Assembly (NCBI GenBank): GCA_905331295.1
Contig: CAJNYD010000038.1
Span: forward strand, 45,854 to 108,643
Length of the DNA: 62,790 bases
From: Rotaria socialis
Lineage: Eukaryota
Reading direction: 5' to 3'
The translations under genes were made by a program, and so were the position numbers. Positions 27,487-39,719 of the stretch are shown here, one piece after another (position 1 is the stretch's first letter; each line of letters begins with the position of its first letter). Below the pieces are notes generated by a model, which had not been told where the DNA came from, ran no database searches, and saw only the letters and a list, made by a program, of their open reading frames with translations.

Positions 27487-29440
27487 ATGGCTGAGCAATA
27501 TTTATCTAGCTCAACTGATGTTCCGTCCGCGCTGCGTGTAAATAAAGAATCGAACTCACTGGACACTCCTGATGTTAATTATCTTATTTGTCGTTCTCTG
27601 TCAAACAAACTGAATGTGAGCGCTATGACATCAGCACCATCAATAAATTCAACATTGTCAGCAGCATCATCGACAGGTTCACTGACGATTTATTGTATTG
27701 AGACAGGCTCCATTGCACAATCGATTCGTCGTCGACAGTCACTAACTAATACACCAGTACTATCTAATAATATTGAGATTACGGCGACTTCCGCCGCTGA
27801 AGGTCGTCTACTCAACGATAATGATAAGCTACAAGAACTACTGACAGATGTTGAAAAGACAGCTACTGTAAGTGATGGTGATAATGTTTCGTTTGATGAT
27901 GATGATGAAACAATCATTGACTATTTACTCTATCCACAATCATTTCCAACGCCACCCAACTATGTTAGTTCGCCGTGCCCTATTTGTTTGGAACAAGCAG
28001 TATTACAAGTATCTCCATGCTGTTATTTTCTTTGTTGTAATAGTTGTTGGCGAGCACATATATCATCGGCAATAGGTGATGGTCGAATTAAAATTCCGTG
28101 TGTATCGAATGAATGCAACAAATATTTAACAAGGGAATCGATAGTAAATTTTGTACGATACGATCCTCCATTACACGAACGTTATCTGAAGTTATATTTA
28201 AATGCTAATCAAAATCCACGCGCTAAGACATGTGAGAAAGAAAAGCTTTTGTTTGTTTTTCAAAAAAATTATATTCATTGAGTTTAGGTCCTCGCTGTTG
28301 TCATCTGTATTCTTTGGATACCACGAAATCTATTCCGTTGGAAAAAACTAAAAAAACTAAAAAAGAAAATAATAAGAAAATTCCCAAACAAGTTCAATGT
28401 TCCGAGTGTTCGCTTGTCTGGTGTTTTCGTTGTTCAGCACCTTGGCACGAAAATTTAACATGTAAACAATTTATTAAAGGCGATAGACTTTTATTAAAAT
28501 GGATCAATCAAAAAAATGAAGAACAATGGAATGCAAGAAAATGTCCAAAATGTTCTTCACTTATACAACGAGCTGGAGGCATGTCTTTTTTTTTTATTAT
28601 TTCATTTAAAATATGTTTATTTAATTATATAATATTTGATTTCAACAGGTTGTCCTCATATGACATGCCAATCGTGTTCATGTGAATTTTGTTATCTATG
28701 TGGGCGACGCTATAATCAAATTCCATTTATTGGCCAACATAGTAACAGATTCAGGTTTATTCTATATCTTGTTTAAATTATCTTTAATATTTATTTAAAC
28801 TTTTTATAGTATGTTCGGATGTCCGTACAATTTTTATCCTGAAAAACCATGGCTTCGTCGTACGATTCGTGGTATGATTGCAACTGGTGTTGTTGTTGCT
28901 TCACCAATTATTGTTGCTGGTGCTGTAACGGCAGCTATAACTGTTTTACCACCATTCGGAGTCTATCGACTTGTTAGACATGCACGTGCTCGTCGTCGAG
29001 CAAATGCAGCAGCAAACTATCCTATTGGTACGCCATTTTTAATTGAACCGGATCTTGATGATCCGCCAGTATTACCTCCTACTACATTTCAATTTGATTT
29101 ACATGGTGATTTTGGTTCTGTTAATATTATGCGTGCTTTAAGACAACAAATGGGAGGATTATCTATTGCACAAATCTTAGATGAAGAATATATTGCAAGG
29201 AGTGAAAATGACGTTGATGCAGATTTTCCATTATCCGTTTTTGCTGACATGAATGTTGAACAATTAATTGCTCATGATGATGATAAAGACGAATCGAATA
29301 ATTCTCCATCCGGCTTTCGTACATGTCCAACAACGCCAGCGTCAGCTGTACGAAAAGGTCTCAGTCGAAGTTTGCATAATTTAACAGTGACTTATCCTTC
29401 ATCTATCAATCGTCATCATTCGATGACTGCTGAACATTAA
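27487..29440 (+). CDS. RBR (RING-IBR-RING) E3 ubiquitin ligase with C-terminal TM segment, RNF217-like
   Basis: RING1 CPICL..CC..C..CW..IPC..C; IBR (CPRC..CSECSLVWCFRCSAPWH..C); RING2 (CPKC..GGCPHMTC..C..FCYLC); FGCPYNFYPEKPWLRR plus a hydrophobic segment as in RNF217. Confidence 0.88.
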
Positions 29441-32174
29441 TATCATATTGCATTTGTGAAAAATGTACATAGATTTATTTCGAGTGCGCATGTTTATATG
29501 TCTGCCCGGTGTGCTTTTTTTCCTTGTTTTTTTCTTCTACTCAGTGACAGCACAGTTGCTTATGATATTTGCTTATGTTGCGTGCGCATTCATCTGTTTT
29601 CCTATTTCTGTACCACTCATTGCACATATAGATAAATAAAAACAAAAATATGCGATAGATTTTGAATAATCATGCGAATGAATATCTGAGTCTCGGTGGA
29701 TTATCACGGGTAATATAGATGTTTAACAGAGGCTTGGATCGTCTCTCCGTCTCTTTTTTTTTTGTTATGATAATTACTCCGAAGTCTTTTTCTGTTGTTT
29801 ACCAATTTCTTGTACTATAATTACGAATGCAATGTTTTTCTTGTACAAAAACTATCTTTAGCAACAACTAAGTTTATGAAAAATAGCATTCCAAATGTGG
29901 TCTGTCTTAGCCATGTGGACATTTGATTCAGTCGAAGATCTTTTTACGTAGTATAGTCTATGTTTATTTAATAAAATTGAAGATTGCAGCATTAAATTCG
30001 TATCACATTATTATGAATAAACTAGAGACATAGACCACTACGGGACAACTGCCGAAAGGAATTCGATGTGACTATAGAAATATATCTGAGTCGTCATATG
30101 TTAAATATCAATCGTGTTATTCGATATGAATAGGGGCAGAAGATAGCCATCCCACGATCTATTTGTGTTTTGTGACGTCAATAGACAATGAAAACTTCCT
30201 TTTTTTTAATGATAAGAAGGACTAAATAAAAATATTATTAAAAAAACAAAATTCTCATCGTATTTCGATGTCAGGTACCAACTGAAATGTTTGAACAAAG
30301 AATGTATTGTTCTATTCCGACAATATTAATATCTCAATCGATTGAATCATTCAAGTAGAAGAGTACCCCGAAAAGAAATCGAATGACCATACCATCTGAT
30401 GAATTTTATAGTTTCAAATAAGACTAACCAATGTTAATCTGTTCTACATTACGAGCAGGAATATATTTTCGGAAAGAAAGTGAAAAATTGATATACTTAG
30501 CTAGATGGTATTACGAAACACGACAATTGTTCTCGTGCTGAATACGATGAGAAAGAAGAAAAAAAAAGAATTACATAAAAAGTCAATACTTTTTCGTACA
30601 AGATTGAAGTTATGTAATAATCATAGAAACAAATACAAAATAAGAGACCAATCAATTATTATTACTATTCGATGTCACAGTATGATTCTATTAGCAATAG
30701 AGAAATGTCGTAACATGATCGATCTTGAACAAGTTGTTTTATGAAATATTTCTAGCTTGGATGAATGAAACTTTTTGACGGTCATATTAAGTGCATACCA
30801 ATGATTATAAATGTTTGACAGCGTTATAAAGTATATTGAATGACAAAAGTTTTTCACATCTATCAGTTGTGTGTTTATTTTTTTTCGTTTGCCAAATGTT
30901 TGATGGCTTTAAATTAATCTTTCAACGTCTATTCGCCTTATGACTTGTGAAATAAACATAGACATCGAATATTTTAGCATTAAAATACTTTGACATATCG
31001 GTCATCGACATAATTATGGTATTTTCCTATCATCGATGTCATTACTATGCATCACTTCTTACACAATTATGAGAATGTAGGCAACACTACCATTTCACCG
31101 CCATCATCAAGGATTCTTATCTTTCAGTTGCAATCTAGACACGTACCTTTTATTTGATATGCACGATGTTATCTTAACGGGAATACGCATACAGTTGGTA
31201 TTGCCATTTATTTTTGCGTCGTTTTTAATCATGTATGTATATTAGATTCAAGAGCTTAGAGCTGCACTTGCAACCAGTTAAAAAGCGCTTTATAGACGAT
31301 AAAATTTAATGCAATGCTGCATTTACTGCCTTCGCTAAAAGTCTCATTGTCTAGTTTTTAGCTAAATCATGAACACTGCTTAGCACATCAAACAAATGAA
31401 AGCTCATTAGTGCATGCGACATTCCACATAGCTTGATAGCACTGAGGAAGAAAGTTTTTTTTTTTTACAAATGTCTTATATCAATGGCATTAAGACTAAA
31501 AATAACTCTGCAGAGATCATAGGTGACTCTCTCTGCTACATTAATTTTGGAATAGTTGTCTAATAAATTGTCAATCAGCAATCGATTATCGATATCAACG
31601 ATTAAATAGCAATCTACCATTTTGATTCATTGCCATTTTCTTTTCCGCAAAAATCGTTTCTTCGATCACAATTGCGATAAAACGTGACTTAAGCATTGGC
31701 ATGTTTTTAAATCGCATGTGAATAATAGCAATCAAGTTCTTCAAGAATGTCGGCAGTGGCTCATTTTCTCATAAACTTAACCATGTATTATTTGTGAATC
31801 AAGTTTTAATGAAGAAGCTGTACTAATATGTCGCATGTTCTATATTATTATTGGATAAATGCCAAGAATTCATGTAAACTTTTTTCATCATAGAAGTTAT
31901 CTTGAATTCAATGAGTTGGTGAATCGTGAGGAAAACAATTACTTTTTTCTTTTTCTTTTTCTTCGATAATCTAATACAGAGTGCATAAATGAGAGTATAT
32001 ATTTAAGAGCTTGTCAAAACTTCTACAAGCGCATCACGCGCAGACCTAGATCTTGTTAATTAGTAAAGTATGGCACAAAAAACTAGCAAGAATACTGCAC
32101 GTATTCTTTAGATATTTTGATATCACAATTTATTTATAGAAGTTCAGTGTTTGTATGAAAACTCGGGGTAAGGT

Positions 32175-32505
32175 TTATTTGTTAATGACAAGTATGTCGA
32201 CTTCTGTTATAACAGCATTGTCATTGGTGGTTAGTGTTGAATTGCAAATACAGTCATTATTTGCATCACATTGGCCAGTCATCGAACCTTGTGTAAAGAA
32301 ACAATACGTGCGGCAAGCGGCATTTCCACCAAATGAACACACGCTATCCATGACATCCTCTTCCTGGTCTCTATTACACACTATGTAAAATGAGAAGAAA
32401 TAAAAATGCTTTGTAACCTTGAAATTAACAACCAAAAGAAGATTTACTTGTTGTTCCAATCAAAATAAATAAGAAAAATATGAGCATATCAATTTTTGAT
32501 ATCAT
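32175..32505 (-). CDS. Secreted CS-alpha-beta defensin-like peptide (two exons, 87 aa)
   Basis: Exon 32505-32448 (signal peptide MISKIDMLIFFLFILIGTT) joins 32380-32175 in frame; six-Cys core CSFGGNAACRTYC..GQC..CIC (C..CxxxC..GxC..CxC). Confidence 0.78.
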
Positions 32506-33523
32506 AGTAAGATTCTTCGAGTTTAGATAGTATTTATTTTTTTTTGTTAAAAATTTCTACTGTATGGATGGAGTTTTGGGTATTGTGATAAATCAATTTG
32601 TTAATTGGATCATACTTGAGCCCTTCGTATTCAGAGATATCCTATCCTATATCGAATGATGGCGACATCCATTGGATGATACACTGTCAATTGTATAGAA
32701 AATTTACTTCTTTAATTTAGTAATGTCGAGTGACAAATTTCCCACTTACAGAAAAACAATGTACGGAACATCTGCTAGTTTTGATAGACATAAAACAAAA
32801 ACTGTCATCATCGGATAGATTATTTTTGTTTCTGTTTTTAAACACATTCGCTATTGACCTCATCACTTTACATTTCGATACGCTCTAGTTACAGCAAGCT
32901 CCTATAGATTAACTAGTTTCATCGTGCCTTTTCTTTACAACATAAGATCAAAAACAAGCTAGTAATAAATTATCTTGGTAAAAATAGACACGATAAGAAT
33001 ACGGAAAAAATACTACGATCGTATTTCGTCACCTTCTTCTTATCTACGACAATGGTGTTACTCAGCATTGGTACTTTGTTTGTTTTTGTGAATCATGTTC
33101 TATTTTCAAGCAAGCAGACGACAAAAAAAAACATCCGTTGATAATTCATGAAAGCAACTTTTCGCTATTTTACATTAACAATCCGCTATAAAAAATTGCT
33201 TCCCATTTGCTCCTGTCGATATGACTATATTAATGAAATTTCAAAACTTCGCCGGAAGAAAAACATCCTTGAGTACTATTCATACAGAATTTGAGCATTG
33301 AAACTTTGAAGTTTTCTTCTATTTTCTTCTTGTTTATTATAAGTTTGCTTGAATGCTGAAAACATTACATTACAAGAATATGAACTGTATAGTTAGCTAT
33401 AACGTAAAACAAAACAATATAACAGTGCAGAAAAGTAACACAAATATGTAGTGACATGTTAAGTTAGATCAATCTTGCTCTAAAAAAGAAACGAATAAAA
33501 ACATCAGTTCCAATAACGTCACG

Positions 33524-36500
33524 TTATGTAAACCACATCATATTTTTAACATTTTTATTAACCATAATCAGATTACTTTTGATATCTTCTAGAGTAAGAT
33601 CATCTTCATCTCTAGAAATTAATTCATTGATTTTATAGTAAAAACAAAACGAAAATTCGAATTTACTGCGTAGCATCTCGATTTGAATGATATTGTGATG
33701 TTGTTGTTTGATAGGGTTCTTTTTCGAAGTATCTTGCATGATAAGCCACTGTATGAGCATACCGAGCAGCTGCTGGACATTTTACAGCTTTTGTACATCG
33801 TACATCAGTATGACAAAGCTAATAATCAACAAAATACTTCAAATAAAAAAACATATTACTACTTTGTTTTACCCAAAAAGTTAATTGTTGCAATTCGTCA
33901 CTAGTAAATTCAATTTCATTATACAAAACATGATAATAAGAACAAACATTGGTACCAAGTGCACCGGCATGAGAATTTAGATAAAAATCAAATTGACGTG
34001 GATGTACAATCGTTGTATCAATGACTGTTCCCGCAACCATATTTGTTATACGTTGACCATCATGAGCAAAGAAACGAGTATTATGTGATTTTTTTATGAT
34101 AACAAATGTGATTTTTGGCAACGGACGATGACCATAAACCTCTATAGGGAAAATTTTTGAATTTTTATTTTTGACAATAACAATCTTAATTTACCTAGAC
34201 AAGCATTTTTAAGTGCTTGCACTTCATTATCAAGTATTTTTTGAAAATGTCCTTCATCTAAACAATGAAAACAATTAAATAAACAGTCAGTACAAGTTCT
34301 ATAAAATATCCTGTAGCTGTCAAATTCATTCCCTCGTCGTCCGTGGCAGTGAAATGGTTACATATTTTACGGTCTAGATTTCTATCTTAAATGTTTTCAT
34401 CAATAACTCTGCAAAACAAAATCAAATTTCTTACCTACACCATCTCGATAAACAACAATTTTCGTTGGATACTGTTTATTTGTTTGTACAAATACATGTA
34501 AAAGATCACGTGTCATAGGTTGAAAATCTTTAATAACTTCTAGTGAATATTTTTTATCGTTCACAGGTCGTTGTTCGCTTGAACGACATATATATTGTGT
34601 TGATGTTGGCGATACACTTGCAACAACAGCTGCTATTGAGGGTTTACGTTCAGAAACGACAACATGAGATACATCAGCACCGATAAACATAAAAACATCA
34701 CCATCTGATTTCGGTTGATCAAGGAAAATTTTCTTAAATGAGATTGTTGAATTAATACCACCTAAACGTGCATTGATTTTTTGTGCAACATTTTCAATAT
34801 AAGCATTCTGAAATATTTTGAGAGAAAACAAAATTTCATCGTGCTAAAACAAAACAAAAAATACTTACAAGTTTGCCAGGATTATTTTGTTTTCGTATTG
34901 AACCTAAATCACAGCCTATTTTCAAATATAGCATAGGAAATATTCTTCGGTGAAACATTAAAATCGATCTTACAAAGTGTAATAATACCAAATTCTTGTA
35001 GTGCACAACGTTTGATGGTTTGATATGATTCAGGACAATCGCCAATTAATATAAATAAACCAAATTCAGCACCACTCGCATGTAAATCATGAACACATTG
35101 GCGAATTTCATGATGAGATATTATTTTCGTGTCAAAATGAGGATTCATTTGAATTCCATAACGTCGTGTAGTCTAAAAGCAAAGTTCCGAACTCATATTT
35201 AATTTTCACTAATAGTATTTATATTGACTTACTTCCGGTAACATATTACAAAATTCATCTAATTTTTGCATATCCATATGTCCTGGTTCACGTTTGCCAT
35301 CTTTAACTAAAATCATTTCCCACTAAAACATTTTATTAACAAATCAACCCTACGGAAAAGCTAAATTACTTTATGAACACGTGTCGCTTGTTGTAGTTGA
35401 TTTCCTTTCATAAGCCATTTGCCAATGGTAACGGAAACAATACGATTATTTCGGTAGACAATATTAGGCGGATCAAGTACACGTGCTTTAACTTGTAACA
35501 TTTTATTGGTATCAATGACCATTGATAAATGTTTCAAATATGGATCATTGTTGAAATTTCTTTCGTTGGCAATAGTCATCGTTTTATTGCAACGTATTTT
35601 AGGTAATAAAATAGAGCGCTTAGATTTTTCAGCATTTTGTTCTGTTGTCATTAGCGAACGATCAACTATTTGCCATTCTTCAACGAAACATAATTCAATT
35701 GGAATAAATGATGAATTCTGTGCTCCTTTGTTCACACATTCAAGTGTTGGTAAACGAGGATATTTTAATCTAATTTGATATTTTTCAGCAAGAAATTGCG
35801 TTACAGACATTTTACGTGAATCTCCATCCGGCCCGTCTAATGTTACTGGATGAGAATCAGCATTCTCACCGAAACCTCGAATGTTATAAACCACTAAAAA
35901 AACACGAACGTCAACATTCGAATAAGAATATCCTTTTTTTACTTTTATTATTTGTATGTCGTGTTTCAACGGTAATGATGTCCAAACATTTCATTCTTGA
36001 CAAAACATGTTTATCATCATGAGACATCGTACCCCCATTGATTGTTATATCTCTTCCTAGATAAATTGATATGAAATGTATCATATCAATATTTCGATAA
36101 AAACATGAACATTTTGTATCGATGGTTAATGTGGGTCCAATTTGTGTAACAAACATAGCTTGATAGAAGCCTTGAGCTAAAGCAAAGCCGCTATTTTGAA
36201 ATGGTCCTATAATAATAAATCGAACGAGACTATTTCATTTTTATTTAAAAAAAAAGAAATACGAACCACTATCGTATAATGTTTGATTTTTTTCAAAGAA
36301 TTGATTGCGAATGCAAACCATACGTGAACGAATTGTTTGTTTAAGTAATGTTTCAAGCATACGTATTAAATCTTGAGGACGCTTATAGGGTGTTTTACTT
36401 TGAACATATTGCCACATATCGGCAACTGTAACACGATCTGACATATCTTTTATAGCCAATTGATATAGTTGATTTTTTATTGCTATTTCATAAGTTTTAG

Positions 36501-37401
36501 CTTTATCAAGTAGTAATTCACGAGAATAAAGAAAATTACCATCATCAAACCTAAATAAACAGAAAAGCGCATCAGGTATTCTGAAACTTGCAATAAGTCG
36601 AAAAGCGATATCTTTAGGGTCATTGAGTTCAAATAAATTTGAAAACAAGATTTACATAGATCAGAAATCGATTAGAAGTCTAACTGGACTAGCTAAAAAT
36701 CAAATTGATAAATAATCTTTTTTTTATTTACCATACAAACGGTAGGTTATCTGCTTCTCGATGGAGAATTTTTTGAACTATTTCAAAACGATTATGTTGA
36801 CGTTTGTTTGCATTACACCATTTGCCACGTTTAAATACATTCACATGAACAGTATATTGATTCTAAAACAGCGAAACGTATTCTTTTTGTAAAGTTTAGT
36901 TTTTCAACAAATATAACTCTTACAATGGCAAGATTGTCAGGTAAATTACATTTAAAATGATTTGTATAAAGTGTAATATTATGTCCTTTCGTACCACCTG
37001 AATCTGGTCGAGAACAAATAGGGAGTTGATCTTGTTTTAATCGATCGGGTACAACAGATCGAATAGCACTAACTGATGGTGGACGATTATCATAAGGTTT
37101 ATCTGATTGATGAGGTTCTGCGGAACGATTACGGATTCGAGTACTTGCTTTGCGAGGATAATTGTCGAATGACACTTTACTAATACGATTACAGACATCT
37201 CCAACTGAAACTGGTGATAATGGACGACGCTGATAATAATGATGAGGTGGTGGCCCAATATCTTTATTACGTGTGTCATAACGAGCTAGAAATATATAAT
37301 GCAATTGAATATTGAAATATAACAATAGAATTACGTTTTCGTCCACGATCTCCACCACCGTTAGTGGAAAATGATGCATTATGATAAGACGCTGCTGACA
37401 T
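33524..37401 (-). CDS. Argonaute (AGO-like, divergent), multi-exon
   Basis: RPDSGGTKG..LYTNHF (N domain), PAZ (KYQIRLKYPRLP..FIPIELC), MID (YQTIK, KINARLGGIN), PIWI (GADVSH, YRDGV, KKSHNTRFF, GTVIDT, DFYLNSH, RYAH) and the typical ending MMWFT*. Confidence 0.93.
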
Positions 37402-38117
37402 TAAAAATCTAACAAGAGAAAGAATGAATGAATATAACACATGTACTATATCGATATATGTATTCGTGTTAATCAGTTCGTTTGAAACGAACAAATGAAT
37501 AATATTATATCGAGGACTTTCACGAGCTGAATTTTTTTCCATAAGTTTTCAGATTCTTGGCGACATCTCTTTTTAATCATGATTTTCTTTAAAGTGCTCG
37601 TAAGAAAATTAATCTTTTATCGAATGTTTTATATAATAACTATAACAACAAAAATATCAGTAAGATTTGCCAAATATTGAATTGTCCATCTGTCACTTAG
37701 ACTGCAATTCATGAATTTTCTCGTAATAGTTTTGATACCTTATAGTCAATCGTGACACAGTGACGGAATCGTTTCTTTATTTTAAAGTAATGAGTTTGTG
37801 GCTAGAATGTTAAAGATTTTATGATCAATTTTATCATTATTCATATCAACTATGCGTTGAGAATAGATTTTTTTTATATAGTGTATCAAATTTAACCAAG
37901 TAATAGCAATGTTTCATTCTATAGTGTGTAACTTGAATCAATTAAATATGTAAACCACACATGTGTAGGAAACTACACCGTTGCAATTTGGAAAAAATAA
38001 ACTAAAAAAATAATATAAAGCAAACCCTTGGAATGTAAAATGCGGTAGTATGTATGATCAACCTAAGATTTTATCAATCCCAACCTGAAAAAAAATTAAT
38101 AACTGGCAAAGTCATTC

Positions 38118-38360
38118 GAGTGTGGGGTATTGGATGCAGACATGACCCACACCGACACACTTGAATCAACCTCATATTAAAAAAAACTCGCGACTCTAAA
38201 ATTCGGCAATTTCTCAAGTGAAAATAAATCGGTTCCGTGACATTTTTCATATCAGTTGATGGTAGTGAAAATGCATTTTGATAATTTTGGGTGTGGGATG
38301 TGGGTATCGGTATATGGGGAGTTTTGATAAATATCAACAGCCACACCCACACCGCTCAAC
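38118..38360. repeat. Degenerate telomere-motif inverted element (third copy)
   Basis: GAGTGTGGGG..ACCCACACC, TTTTGGGTGTGGGATGTGGG and CCACACCCACACCGCTCAA; the reverse complement resembles the 8454-8520 copy. Confidence 0.6.
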
Positions 38361-38957
38361 ATGTTCATGTTCTTTTGTGGTTCTGGTTGTTTTTATAGAT
38401 GCATAGGATTGTTGATTTTTCATGTAGTTATTAGTATACCCTGAGTTTACTTGTAATTTAGAATTTATTTCTTGCGAAAGAGGTGAAACTGATGGAAATG
38501 TAGATGAATTATAAATGAAATTGTCCTTCTGTTGTTTTATTAGCAGTTGAGAAAATTGTATTTTTGCCTGTTTATACAGTTGTTTTCTTTTTTGCTGGAC
38601 AACTGGACATGATGAATGTCCTGAATAATGATGTTGTTGGCAACTAAAGTATTTTATTTCGTTACTACATCCTTCTTGTAATGAATGATGTTGGCCGCAT
38701 CGAAAGCGCAATTGTGAACTTGTGCATTGACTTGTAAAATGATCATGCTTGAAGCATTGTCGACATTTATTAATTTTTATTGGTGAAAAATATGGTCGGA
38801 TGCGAAGTTTCATACAATTTATTTCGATTTCGTCTTGATTCAAAAGATATTTTGTAGCCTGTGTCGAGATAAAATCGACACCTACAACATTCACTGGTCT
38901 CCTTTCACGTGTTACAAGACGAGTTAGTTTTCTTGTATTTCTTTTGGGCAACAACAT
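38334..38957 (-). pseudogene. Decayed gag/ORF1-like fragment of a non-LTR retrotransposon (three zinc knuckles)
   Basis: CRQCFKHDHFTSQC is an intact CX2CX4HX4C. The next two knuckles lost their first Cys (codons CGC and TAC, each one change from TGC). Truncated, with no RT nearby. Confidence 0.75.
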
Positions 38958-39719
38958 ATTTGATTTGTAAAATAGATGAAATGACCCTTAAAACAGTCTA
39001 TAAATGATCAGTTTAATGATTAAATCATTAGTATTTCGATTTCCAATAAACAATGAGAAAGTGATCAGTTTATTACAAGGGGGACAAACTGATTTGTTGA
39101 TTTCCTTGATTGCCAGTGATTTCTATGACTGGAAATCAGTTTTTATATGACCATTGCAAACCAACAGAAATCATTGGAAACATTCAGAAATGTTGAAAAA
39201 GGAGGGGGACACTTTGTACACAAAACGGCCCTAAATGAAAGTCAGTTCAAAAACTACTTGAAACTACCATTTCACACTGTACTGTGTGCAGGAATTCCTA
39301 TATCGATAGTTAAAGTCCTAATTTGTGGATCGTGGGTATATCTCTTTTGTTGAGGAATTGAGGTTTTCAGAAATAGGCTGGCAAAGTTCGAAAATGTGTT
39401 ACCTTTCATATAAAAAGGATCTTGAACTTTATAATATAATCGCTTAATGTATGCATCAAATTAATAATTTTTCTTATTATTTGGCATAATACAACACATC
39501 TATTCAAATATTTCCAAAGCAACATTTTAACAATTTTATTTTCCTAATTTATTTTATTATACCAATACATCCGCATACAATAACATAACAAACGATGCAC
39601 ACTTTCTCATGAGTCAAACTTCATGGGTTGATAACAAAATAATCAGGAAATTTTTATTTTTACAGCCTGTCTAAATTGAAAAAAATAATACGATGGAATT
39701 GTTAATTTTTTGACAATTT

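Noticed and set aside
30173..30180. Perfect CRE palindrome TGACGTCA
   Set aside because: A single 8-mer not linked to a known promoter; chance occurrence plausible
32734..32743. kB-like site (GGGAAATTTG on minus strand) ~230 bp upstream of the defensin
   Set aside because: Two mismatches to consensus; expected by chance in AT-rich DNA
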